Origin: Balanoglossus misakiensis
Taxonomy: Eukaryota > Animalia > Hemichordata
DNA: 64,000 nt
Direction of reading: 5' to 3'
NCBI GenBank assembly: GCA_040954595.2
Contig: CM082578.2
Span: 8,231,519 to 8,295,518 of the forward strand
Position 1 is the first letter of the stretch; each line of letters opens with the position of its first letter. Under the pieces are notes generated by a model, which saw only the letters and a program-made list of their open reading frames with translations, made no database searches and was not told where the DNA came from. Shown piece by piece: positions 13,552-26,300 of the stretch. A program made the position numbers and the translations under genes.

Positions 13552-16500
13552 ATGGCAGAGGGCAGATTAAAGATCCTACTGCACCACTTCAAAGAGGTAC
13601 CAGTGCAAGGAATTGTATCCTTACTACATTTTTGCATATTTTTTTCTCTTTTTAAAATTTACAGATACAATATTGATACATGGTGGATATTTTTTATTAT
13701 TCTGTCTTTTTTTTCCAAATGAAAAGAAAACTAATTTACAACTGAGCCAACTGTCAAACTGTTGTAGCTTGTCACGTAGGACCAGAACTGTACTTTAGAA
13801 CATGGGTCCAGGGTTCAAGCGGTCGTCGACACCAGAACCAATTAGCCTGAAAAATAGTGTTGAGAGGAGGATTGTTGTTAATTTTATCAGTCTTTGGCAC
13901 CCCATGCCCCAATTTTAGGTAGAAAATATTTTTTGTATATTTTTACGCTGTGATGGTGACTTGAACAGAACTTGACAACTGAAGGCTATAGGTATATATT
14001 GTACCATTTATGCGGACCTAGTTTACTTTCTTCATTGGGAAATTTGTCAAGAGAGAGAGAGAAAAAAAAATATTGTCATATTGATGAAGTACCGGTATTA
14101 CTGTATCAGAACTACAAACAAAATGAAATTTCCTGGTAGTTTACAGGAAAATTTAAGAAGTACAAATATTAAACCTGAGAGAGAATTGATCCGTAAATTT
14201 GGTGTGATATTTAGGTGACCATAAACAACATACACAGCTATATGATGAGGATGAAAATTTCAAAATAATATTGAGAAAATCGTTTTCCTTAGCCGTATGA
14301 AGTCTCCTTGTGACACCTCTGCTGTGGCTGCAACACAACCCGTCGAATATGTCTTGGATAACGGTGTACTGACGCCAGAGCAGGCGGAGTTCTATGACAA
14401 GAATGGATATCTGGTTATCAAGAAGTTGGTGCCACCAGAACACTTGGAGAAGTACAGGTACGTGAATAACAAGAGCTTCATTCTCAATGATGCATGATGC
14501 ACCTGTTTTGATGTCAATCTGACGTTGCATGCAGGCCTTCAGAATTTGAAAAATTCTACCAGCATATAACTTTGACAAATAGCTCATTTTCTTCAAAAGT
14601 GATACAGTTGAGTTCTGTCAAGTCGGTGTTCATTTCCTGCAAGTAGCGCATTGTGCAGACTCAGTCACTTTCGGACTGTTGTTAGTGAAACTTCGACAAA
14701 TTCCTGGATCCAGATTCACTAATTCACACTTGTATCTTGAACACACAACAATTTTTTTAAACTATTTCCGTTGATTATATTTTTTTTCAAATCATCATCT
14801 CTTGCAGAGATTGCTTTGAGAAGCTGTGTAAAAGGGAAATACCAAAGCCACTAACAATGACAATCATGAGAGATATCGCCATAGCAAAGTCAGAATTTGT
14901 GCCTGGAGAGAAAGCTGTCACTAAGATACAAGATTTTCAAGATGTTCCTGATATGATGGAGTATTGCAGTCACCCTGAGGTATGTATGCGATTATCATTT
15001 ATGTGAAAATCATGTTGAAACAATTTGGGGTTTTCGTGGCATTTATTCCTGCTATGAGCACATCATTGACAAGGATAATATTTGTTTTGTCGGGTGATAT
15101 GAAATACTAGTATGTAAATCTTAGATCATTTGCTTGCATGATTGCTGAAAAAAGGCACTAGGTTATATCCTGAGCATATCTTCTGTTCAATTACAAGCAT
15201 TAATACCTCCCATATCATCAAATCTGTAATGTACGCATAAGTAGATACACAAATGATATCATTTATGACAGTAGCCAATTGGTGCAGTTTGTCAAAATCA
15301 TTGCATTTTATGTATTTCTTTTGTTCTTTCATTTTCCATGTTCAGGTTGTGAAGTATGTAGAAGCCTTCACGGGACCAAACATCATGGCTATGCATACTA
15401 TGCTTATCAACAAACCACCGGATCCAGGTATGATATATTCAGTTTCCCGATATTCAGCTGGACTTTTTTCAATTTTCTTTTTCCAAATAATTTACAGATT
15501 TCTTGTTTTTGGCATCATCAATGATCACATTTATGATACAATAGATAACATTTCATTAAACAGACACATGGAATTTTTGAACAAATCATTTAGGCACGAA
15601 GAGTTCTCGCCACCCGATGCACCAAGACTTGTACTATTTTCCGTTCCGCCCTGCCGAGAGAGTAGTTTGCTCCTGGACAGCCATGGAGAAAGTACATCGT
15701 CAGAATGGATGTTTGGTCGTCATACCTGGAACCCACAAGGGGACCCTCTTGGCTCACGAATATCCAAAATGGGAGGTAAGGATGCATCTATGTACATATA
15801 GTGTTGTTTTTGACAGAGTTTGCTTCAAATTTACTGTTTCCACTGTCGACTGTGACACTTTCCAAAAAATAGGCCACATTTTACAATGAAAATTGCATGG
15901 ACACAAAACAATTTGTCAATACTGTCTTGGATTTGCTCAAGTTGTTTATGTGTATAGTGCATGTGCAAGTGAAACTTCTAAATTTATTTCAGTACTGAAA
16001 AAAATTCAATTTTCCAGGGTGGTGTCAACAAGCTGTATCATGGGATATTGGATTACAACCCGGATATGCCACGTGACCATCTGGAAATGGAAGCTGGAGA
16101 TACAGTGTTCTTCCATCCTCTGCTGATCCATGGATCTGGAACAAACCGTACCAATGGATTCAGAAAGGTATTCAGATTGGATTGAATTGGATTGGATTGT
16201 ATTGTAGTGTATTGTATTGTATTGGACTGTCTTGTATTGTAATATAATGCTTTGCATTGCATTGTATTGCATCGTATTGTATTGTGGTGTAGTGTAGAAT
16301 AGTGTAGTGTAGTGGACTTAGCCATGTTACAGTATCATATGGTAAATGATGGCTAGTTTTATTATTTTTAGTATAGAACATTTTTTGTCGTCTTGTGAAT
16401 GTTTTTTTTTTAATTGATTTATTTGTGATGCATAATTTTTTTTGACATATTGCGTGGAAATACAGAAACATATTATTTACTATATGTTACATTTTCTTTA

Positions 16501-16955
16501 TGATTTCAGTCTATTTCATGCCACTATGCAAGTGCAGACTGTTACTACATGGATCAGGTTGACAGAATACAGGAACGGTTGCAGACAGAGATATCTGAGG
16601 TCGCTCATTCCAAGTTGAAGAAGATGGGAGTGGACCCGGAATCGGTCCCCGAAATCCCTTTGAAGGTCAGTGAAGAAGTTAGAAAGGCTATTCAGTATTG
16701 CATGTACACAATTATCCTTATTACCCAAAATATTAATTGTTGAAACCAATACCATGCAATTACAGATGTACTAATTCAAATTCTGTTTCCGAAGCAAGTG
16801 TTGTTTATCAATGTCAAAGAAGAACCAGCGATCTTGAAAATGACAATGAAAATATTAATTTGAATGTTTTCTGGCGTTTTCTTTGTGTGTAGGAAATATG
16901 GATGGTGAAGTCTCGTCTAGTGCATGGCAATGAGGGAACCATGAGCAGTGCTTAA
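13552..16955 (+). CDS. PHYH: Phytanoyl-CoA 2-hydroxylase-like, copy 2 (340 aa)
   Basis: Exons 13552-13614, 14303-14457, 14808-14979, 15346-15427, 15594-15775, 16018-16167, 16510-16665, 16893-16955; ORF intact. PTS2-like [17 protein letters not shown] and FRK are retained. Confidence 0.95.
13615..14302 (+). other. U12-type intron 1 of PHYH copy 2
   Basis: 5' site GTATCCTT at 13615; branch TTTTCCTTAGC at 14283-14293; in-frame AG at 14301-14302. Confidence 0.8.
16176..16314. repeat. Degenerate pentanucleotide microsatellite (ATTGG/ATTGT/AGTGT)n
   Basis: Direct inspection; lies in PHYH copy 2 intron 6. Confidence 0.85.
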
Positions 16956-19177
16956 GAACTACACTGTGGTGATCATGTGTTGTGGTTATGGGAATGATCG
17001 GAGATCATGAAGACTAGATCCTACTGATGATTCAATCTATTATCCTCTCAGAAGATTGAACGCATTCTGATTCTGATTATTCACGAAGTATACGACACCA
17101 GGAAACTTAATTCACAAAGAAACTTGTGTATTCTCTAGTCTGTTAAATGAAATATAAAATCAGTTTTTCCTGGCATACTAACAAAATTCAAAATGATTTT
17201 CTTTTCTTTGAAATTTTTTGCCTTGAGGAATCATTTTCATGCATGCATTGCACCTTTGGTAATTACTTTGTTTCTTCAACTATGTGGTTGTGGTATATGT
17301 CAAAGTCTTTAAGCTGGACAGTCTTTCTTCCAAGTTAAAGCGTCGCGTTTGTTTGTTTATAAACATTACAATTCACCAACAAATCTCTGAAACTAGATCA
17401 TTCTTAGAATGATGAAACAGCCAACCGTAGCGTAGACTCAGGTATGACAGCAACTGAAGATTCTACGTAGTAGGTCGTGGCGACTGCAGTGGGGTTTGCG
17501 CTGGTATGGGAGGATATCTTCTCGTCAACGGGGACACCCACGCGGTGTGACGACCCCTTCCCTTTAACATATGAAATGAGAGCAATCACTTATTATTTTA
17601 TCTGAGCCTAAAATCACTCACTGCATTTGATTTATGTCTGGCTGCGAAGGAATTTGTACTCTTTCTCTCTCTCTCTTATATTCAATACATGTAAACACTC
17701 ACATGTGTGCAACCGCATGCACATGCACACACACAAGGAACTGGACAAATGAAAGACCAAAAGGTGATTGTCAAGATTTGTTAAAATGCATATAATTGTA
17801 GAATTTCTTTGAGTAACAAACTGCTGTGGATTCCAAAGAAAACTGGATCTTCGTTTTCTGTGTCACCACTGTGGCGATGTTACTGCAATGTTAAACAATG
17901 CAAGAGACAAACATGACATTTACTGGGAGTCTTTTTTTCTTAAAATCTTCCTCCTGACCCCCCCCCCCCTACAATATCATATGGTCTTCCCCTAAAGCAG
18001 TTTTTTTCCTAACCTCATCATGATAACAGAGAAAGAATCAGAGTGATAATTGTGGTTTACAAAAGGCAAATGGGCAACATTTATTCATGGACCGGTCACT
18101 GCTTGATTTAAAATGTATGCAATGAAAAGTTTCTACAGTTTTGAAAAATGATAATTATTTACGTTTTGTTTGCATTCTGGATGCGAGTATAAAAGACTAG
18201 AATGGCTACATTATATATGTAGTAACATTGAGAAGATTTACATTTACACCAAACTTCTCAATGTTTTTTGTAACATTGGATATTTGAATGACATTTTTGA
18301 TGATATAAATATAAATAAATATATAATTAGATATATAAAAAAAAGATATATAATTATTTCTACCCAAGCATTTGTGGAAGTACTTCATTTATCCCCTAGG
18401 TACAAGTGACCAATTCTATTAAGCGCACTTTGAAACAATTAGCAATACATGGTCATTGGTATCTGTTCATTTGGATGCAGCTCCAAGGACAGTGTTTCAG
18501 AAAAAAAAAACTTGTCCTCCTCTGTGCAGTCCGAAAGTAATTTGTGGTGGATAAATTCTAACTTGACTTTTGGTAAACCCTTTCCACAAGTATTATGCAT
18601 GTTATGTGGCCACCTGCTGAAAATCTGCACTGTGATTCGTCAGTTCCGTGGTGATTGTAGCTAATGTGAATAAATTTGCATACGTGAGCGCACAACTTTC
18701 AGGTAGCCATGCTAGAAGTACGTATATTACGTTGCCTCTGAACCTATACCAAAGCAATCCGACTTGTAGCTCGCAGGCCAGTTGTCCCCATATACAGTAA
18801 ACTCACTTGCACCGCTGTGATTGCACAAGTAAGTCTAGCTGTCATGTTTTCTTTCATCGTTTTGGTAAAAATTCACCAACTACACAAAACCGAACCTGAA
18901 CAAAAGAGATTGCTATCATATTGGTCAGAAAATGGCAATGGAGAAGTTAAAAACGACTTTGTTTTAGACCATTTTCTTTTTCTTCCAGTCCCTATGCCTA
19001 TGCCCTTTTCGAAATGTTTCACCTGTAACCCCTGGCCCTAACATTACACGATTAACCTCGGAAAGAACAAAATGTATGTCATCGCCGCGTGGAGGCGACG
19101 TCGATAAACTTTCCGGGTGTGCAAAGTCGCAGTACAAAGTGCACACTCGATCAGCTGATGCGTAGGCCTACATCAAA

Positions 19178-22100
19178 ATGGCAGCGGACGGGAGACTGAA
19201 AGTCTTGTCGCAACATTTAAAGGCCCCTGTCGTACACTCGGGCATTGTATCCTTTAGCAGGGAATCAGCTGTTTGTATTTCTAACCAGGTGTTTCGGTGC
19301 AGGTCACCAGGTGTGTGGTTTAGCCCACAGGCGCTTTAAGCGCCCGTTGACCGGACAGTCTCCACCAGATTTAGCAGACCTATAAAAACGCAACGAATTG
19401 CGTTTGACAGTCGCCTGTAAATTGGGTTAAGGTCGTTTCTGGGTTTAATGGTTCGTTCACACATGTATGACTTATTGACGAGCTAAAAACTGGGCGCTTT
19501 GGAATGATTTAGGGAGGAGAATAGGAAAACGCCGATGCACAGAGCAAAAAAGGCTAAGAAAATAGCCAAATGCAAGAAAGAAGTAAATTTGCTCCACTGC
19601 TCTCTCGAATCCCTTGACCAAGACAGAAACGATAGTAAAGAAGTTGGCTGGTAGGCGCTACGTATAAATAAAAATGATTCGTAAATATGGTGTGACATTT
19701 GGTTGACTGAATCTAAAACAACGCGCAGGGCTATATGAGAATGAAATTTTCAAAAAAATATTGAGGAAATCCTTTTCCTTAACCATATGAAGTCTCCTTG
19801 TGACACCTCTGCTGTGGCTGCAACATCACCCGTCGAATATGTCTTGGATAACGGTGTACTGACGCCAGAGCAGGCGACGTTCTATGACAAGAATGGATAT
19901 CTGGTTATCAAGAAGTTGGTGCCACCAGAACACTTGGAGAAATACAGGTGTGTGAAGAACTGGGGTTGGAATATGTGCATCTGAGTCTCGCCTTTTTTTA
20001 CTTTACTCCCAGCGAGTGATGTGCGCGTATCTTGGTAGCAGAGTATTGCCTGTTTTCGATTTTATGTCAATTGTCCATCTATAGTCAAAAAGTTTGAAAT
20101 TTTTTGCGATTTCTTGTATATTTCTTATTTGATTTCTTTAAAGTGTGACGAAATCCGGATTTTTTGTTTCATTTTGGGGTCTATTTTGATTATTATATCA
20201 AAATCGACATTTCTTCCAGAGATTGCTTTGAGAAGTTGTGTAAAAGGGAAATACCAAAACCACCAACAATGACAATCATGAGAGATGTCGCCATAGCAAA
20301 GTCAGAATTTGTACCCGGGGAGAAAGCTGTCACTAAGATACAGAACTTTCAAGATGTTCCTGATATGATGCAGTATTGCAGTCACCCTGAGGTAAATGAT
20401 GTGACCGTTGCAGTTTCCAAATCCAATATGGCGTGACGCAAATACTGGTATATACATGCACATTGTAGAAAAAAATAGAAATTCATTTTTTTCGGCAGTT
20501 GTGTTAAGTCATATTGAGTCATGTATGTTATGATATCAATCTGAACGTGGACATACGGGCAAATCCGTAATGTACGCATAAGTAGATACACAACATGTAC
20601 AGGATAATGATATCATTTATGACAGTAGCCAATCGGTGCAGTTTGTCGAAATCATTGCATTTTATTGATTTATTTTGTTCTTACATTTTCCTTGTTCAGG
20701 TTGTGAAGTATGTAGAAGCCTTCACGGGACCAAACATCATGGCTATGCATACCATGCTTATCAACAAACCACCGGATCCAGGTATGCAATACTGCAGTTA
20801 AGCTGGCGTGATCGATCGATCGAGCGTGTGCATAATATGTTCCACAGACACGATCAGAAAACTTGAACACAGCCCACACATGATGTCAATTTTTTGACAT
20901 TTAATGAGCAATTAGGGCTGTGGTTAAATGCAAATTAGAAAGTTAGACATATAACTACTCATCCAATCCCCACATCCCACACCCTACAGGCACGAAGAGT
21001 TCTCGTCACCCGATGCACCAAGACTTGTACTATTTTCCGTTCCGCCCTGCCGAGAGAGTCGTCTGCTCCTGGACAGCCATGGAGAAAGTACATCGTCAGA
21101 ATGGATGTTTGGTCGTCATACCTGGAACCCACAAGGGGACCCTCTTGGCTCATGGCTATCCGAATTGGGAGGTAATTCAAAGTAGTTTTGTGCATGTCGA
21201 GATTTTTAAAATGCTTAGGTCGTCACATTTTGAAACGCACCGTGTAATTTCGTGTGTACAGACATAACGTCCAATCCAAATATTCTGCAAATTTTGCGTT
21301 CCACACATTCAACATCCACAGAGAATCCAAAGTGATTTTTAATTTTCCAGGGTGGAGTCAACAAACTTTATCATGGAATATTAGATTACTCTCCGGACAA
21401 ACCTCGTATCCATTTGGAAATGGAAGCTGGAGACACTGTCTTTTTCCATCCGCTCTTGATTCATGGATCTGGGATGAATAGAACGACTGGATTCAGAAAG
21501 GTATCTTTATAGAACATCAGTGACAATACACAAGTTAAAATAACATGTATAGTCATTTTCAAATTGCAAAGATTCAACGTTCAGTTGGCTTTTGCTCACT
21601 ATTGACATTTTTTTTCAATGTACCACTCACTTTTTGCACAGTTTTGGGGCCGCGAGATTCTCTCTCTAAAATGTGCATTTTCACACTTTCCTTTCTGTAA
21701 ACATCGATGCTATGCTGGAAAAGCCAGCTTTACATGGCAGTACCTGTGACTGGCTTTCATAAATGTTTGTATTTTTATGGCAGTCCATTTCATGTCACTA
21801 TGCAAGTGCAGACTGCTTCTATATGGATCAAATAGACGACGTCCAAGCAACTGCTGAGAAAGAGCTAGAAGAAATAGCCTATATGAACATGAAGAAGAGG
21901 GGCATCAAGAATCCACCAAAAGTGACCATGAAGGTAAGTCATGACACATACTGTCACATAGATACATACATAGATACACGCATGCATGCGGGTATATCCT
22001 ACATTAGGCCTTATATTATTGACTCGCTCAGCCAGCATGCCTCATAATCAATTAAATATAATACATTTGGTGAGAAATAGGTTAAAGGTGACGACCTTTT

Positions 22101-22240
22101 AGTAAATATCTGCCTAAAATCCCTTGGAAAACATTCTCATTTCTGTCACTTAAACCACCTATCTTTATTTCTTTATTTTAAAGGACATATGGTATTCTAA
22201 AGCAAGACTCGTCCATGGGCAACCTGGAACCATGTGCTAG
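19178..22240 (+). CDS. PHYH: Phytanoyl-CoA 2-hydroxylase-like, copy 3 (338 aa)
   Basis: Exons 19178-19246, 19793-19947, 20220-20391, 20700-20781, 20990-21171, 21351-21500, 21784-21933, 22184-22240; ORF intact. PTS2 [17 protein letters not shown] and FRK are retained. Confidence 0.95.
19247..19792 (+). other. U12-type intron 1 of PHYH copy 3
   Basis: Consensus 5' site GTATCCTTT at 19247; consensus branch TTTTCCTTAAC at 19773-19783; AG at 19791-19792, with no polypyrimidine tract between branch and AG. Confidence 0.9.
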
Positions 22241-23362
22241 AAGGACCACTCAGTAAAGGCCTATTCACAACCGAACGAAAACTGTATCAACGGACCTGAC
22301 ACAGTCTTACCATTGAACAAGAACATTCCCATATGTTGGCCTCAATCAAAGCTTTCCTTTATGTTCATTATATTTGGGTGTAATCTATGCTACCCAAGTA
22401 AGGCCGAAGAGATTGAAATTGTAACTACATTTACATGATATTCTGAAAACAATAAGATTTCAATGTCTTATCCAGGATGTCAATGAGGAAGGGGATTTGT
22501 GTGCCCACTTATGTACAAATTAAGGGGACAGGCTTTGGAGTTATTGGAAAGATTCTAAAATGACTTTCGTGTGATAAGCTGTAGTCCAATTTCACGAATA
22601 ATGCCCATGCCGTGTTTGACGGACAGGGTGCGGCTTGCAATGATCACTGTATTGTGCAAATGGACCCAACAGCCTCACAGACTTGATGAAGCACTATGTG
22701 TCCAATATTCCATTCATTCTTGACCATGATCAGAAGTGTATTTGTAGCTAAAACTTCTGGGATTACTAGTATTAGTTGTAGTATGAGTTGTATTATGGTA
22801 ATGGAAAAGTAATTTTTTAACCTTCCGCTGTCTCATATTAAATTATGCATTTGATTCATGCATATGATTAATTTTTCTTCATTACAAATATTTCGTGGCC
22901 AACGTGGCATAGGCTATTTGTACTCTGAAAAAGTCCATGCAAATTTCATGGTAGGCCTATGTTTATTTCGTAGTACATGTACTACCAGAACAAGAACATA
23001 TGCTACCACTGATTCACGGTGATGTGTGCAGAGTAACCGTCGTCTGGACTATCATCTGCAAACCAAACCAAACCAAACTAGTTACGTAACTGTTCACACT
23101 GTACACCTGTTTTCAAGAAGAAGACCGGATTCGTGCCGCCTACAAAAAGCAAAGAGATCATGGCAAGCGAAGATGTGTCGTCCTCTGCGCGAAGTTCCAA
23201 AAAGAATGTCGCGAATGCCCGGATGATTCTAACTTCTGCGCGTGCACTCCCGGTTCGCGACGCGTCTCGATGGCAACTTTCTGCGTGCCTCTTTCCGAAT
23301 TTCGAACATCTCTACGGTAACCCTGTCAACAAAACAACTCATTTTCCATCGAGCGATCAGCC

Positions 23363-26300
23363 ATGGAAGACCCGTTCGTGTTATCTCTCGTGCATTTCGC
23401 GGATTTACCGCCGGGCATGACTTTCTTTACCACGATGACTTATTTGACTGTAGTATTCTTTCGAAGCAACCGGGGGACTTGGCCAAAACGACGTGGTAAG
23501 CGTAAAACTTTACGTATTTTGAGATTTTCATAGTGTACGAACAGCGTGTAACTTTGTAGCATATACTATAGACCCTATTGCGTGTGTAGACCTTGAAGTA
23601 GACTCCTCGATTTGTGTGTTATCATATGGGGTATTTGATCTTGATCTCTAGACGCTAGACTAAATGACCATCACTTAAACGTCATATTAATTTCTCTTGA
23701 CGGAAAAGAAGAGAAGTACCCGTGGAAATAAAACTGAAAACATCAAGCATCTTTCACCGTTCCATTGAACACAGATTTTGAGAACGTAGATTTGCTAGCA
23801 TCGGGTGTGAATATGATTTAAAAATCAAGAGAGCAATAACATAGTTATTTAGATATATGTATTTCAACATTGTTATATTCGATTTCAGCAGACGCCAGTA
23901 AGAAATTGAAGTCCAGGCACTCCAAGAAGGCGAAGTCCAGGCACTCCAAGAAGGAGAAGTCCAGGCACTCCAAGAAGGAGAAGAGTGGTTCTTTCAAGGG
24001 AATTGATGTCTTGAATGTCTTGGAGTCTAGCGTCGATCCTCGCCGTCTGCCATTGGTTGGGAAGAATGGTAGACGTAAAGGCGACAAGAAATGCCAACCT
24101 CTGTTCGCCGATGCTTTGGACGACCTGTTTGGAGCGAAAACTCCACTGGAGATGATGGAAAATCTTGTCGAATCCTCGGCGATTTCCAAGCTCCAACAAC
24201 CAACTGGCGATGTTCTGTACGATCTTCTGACCGAAGAGACGACTCCACTGGAGCTGATGATGATGAATCTGGCCGAATCCTCGACCATTTCCAACGCACT
24301 CATGCAAATCGAAATGCGTCCAACCGGAGACCAAGACAAAGCCGTGTCTTTGAACGACCTGGAAACTGGAGACAAGATTCCGACCATCGAGTTGTCTGCT
24401 GCCGACAGCGGTCTCCTGGATACGGTGGGTCAGGTCACCCGACCCAAGCTGCCCCTTCATAAATCGATGTCCTGTCCCTACCTAGAGAAACCAGAAGTCT
24501 ACCAGTATGGCCCACGGCAATCTTCAATTCATCGTATTGAAGTGATCAGATTTGCCAACACCCAGGCTTGCAATCAGCCGTTGGATCGTGGCTTTGACGT
24601 CGACGTACCGGAGGAAGATGGTCGCATGACCAAGAATGACAAAGTTGTCACCCGTCTGGCGAATCAGAGCACCTGGTCAGATGTCTTCTTCACTCCAGTC
24701 TACGGCACTGTGGCATTTGTTGCTATGATGGTGAGTAACTTTGCATACGCGACGGTGTAAAAAAACACCGAAACTGTCTCTGTCGCAATTGGTCTTTTAC
24801 TAGTATGTTAATCCGAGGAAAGTGAATTTGAACCATTTGTCCATTATCACCAATATTTGAATGTTTCGTTTATTGCAAAGAAATGTATGATTCCCTGTCT
24901 TTCTTGGTGAAGATTCACGACTTCACACATGATTTTCTATGAACAGATTTATCCATATTCACATCTAACCTCTTGACGTTCTCCTGTCCCCGATACAGAT
25001 GACTATGGCATTGCTTTTCCTTGTGTATGTACGACTGTACGAAGATTTCTTCAACATTGACGTGAACGAGAATCCATTTGGCGACGTCGTATATTCTGCC
25101 AGCGTCTACCTGGTTCTTCAACTGTCTTTGACTGCGATCACCAATTCTCTCGCCATCAAACTCACTGACTTGGGTACGTATGATAAACTTCTCTTTAAGC
25201 AAGAGCGCTGACGGTATTGGCTTTACTTCCAATAAATTTTGTCCGATATTTCCTTTACATTATCTGACGAAATTTGCTTATTTCCCTACAGAAAACCACC
25301 GAGTGGAGAGTGCATATGAAGTATCTGTTCGTGTAAAGAAAGTACTTCTGACCCTGCTGGGTATTGTTGCTCCAGTGTTCTACGTCATCGGCAGGAGTCT
25401 GATCCCCAGGTATTATTATGTGTTCTTTTTTGGGTAGTCTCTCTCTTCTTTCGCTTCGTATCTGTTATTTCGTCTTATAGAGGCTCATCTGTATATATGC
25501 GATACGCAATCTTACACTTTTTATTATTTCAATTTGACAGATTGCTATTTCCAGCGGACATGACTCCAAGTCCTGAGGCACTCGATGCTACCGTGAATGA
25601 CCTAACTCGACTGACGTCACATGTGATCCTCGTCATCATGACGACAATTATTGACCCTTTCAAGACCAATAATGGTGTGACCGTGGATGACAAAGTTGTC
25701 ACCCGTCTGGCGAATCAGATCACCTGGTCAGATGTCTTCTTCACTCCAATCTATGGCGCTGTGGCATTTGTTGCTATGATGGTGAGTAACTTTGCATACG
25801 CGACGGTGCAAAAATAAACTTAACCATCTCTGTCGCAATTGATCTTTCATGGTTAATCCGTGGAATGTGAGTAGGGCCTTTAAGTCCATTAGCACCAATA
25901 TTTGTTTGTTTCGTGTATTGCAAAGAAATTCATATTTCCTGTCTTCTGGAATTCATGATTTATTGTCTTCGAACAGTGACATAACATATTTAAGAATTGC
26001 AGATCTTCAACTCCAGGTCTAATCTCTCTACTTTCTCCTGTCTCCAATGCAGATAACTACGGCAATGGTTTTCCTTGCGAATGTACGACTGTACGAAAAC
26101 TTCTTTAACATTGACGTGAACGAGAATCCAGTTGGCAGTGTTGTATATTCTGACAGCGTCTACTTGATTCTACAACTGTCTGTGACTGCGATCACCAATT
26201 CTCTCGCCATCAAACTCACTGACTTGGGTACGTAAGTTATCTTTCAGAGAGATTTATGTGAGATATTTTAGCAAGTTTTGATATTTTTCACATATTTACT

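Noticed and set aside
13760-13833. tRNA-like look (GGTTCAAG box, ends in CCA)
   Set aside because: No convincing cloverleaf can be folded; at best a degenerate SINE head.
14297-14302. ATG starts of the ORF-track MKSPCDT proteins (also 19787)
   Set aside because: These ATGs lie between the U12 branch point and the 3' AG; the real starts are the upstream PTS2-encoding exons.
16006-16471. Minus-strand ORFs rich in IQYNT repeats (and the poly-S/H/I ORF at 31128-31502)
   Set aside because: They are translations of microsatellites.
21501-21783. GTATCTTT donor in PHYH copy 3 intron 6 as a second U12 intron
   Set aside because: There is no U12 branch consensus near the acceptor, and the paralogous introns begin GTATAG and GTATTC.
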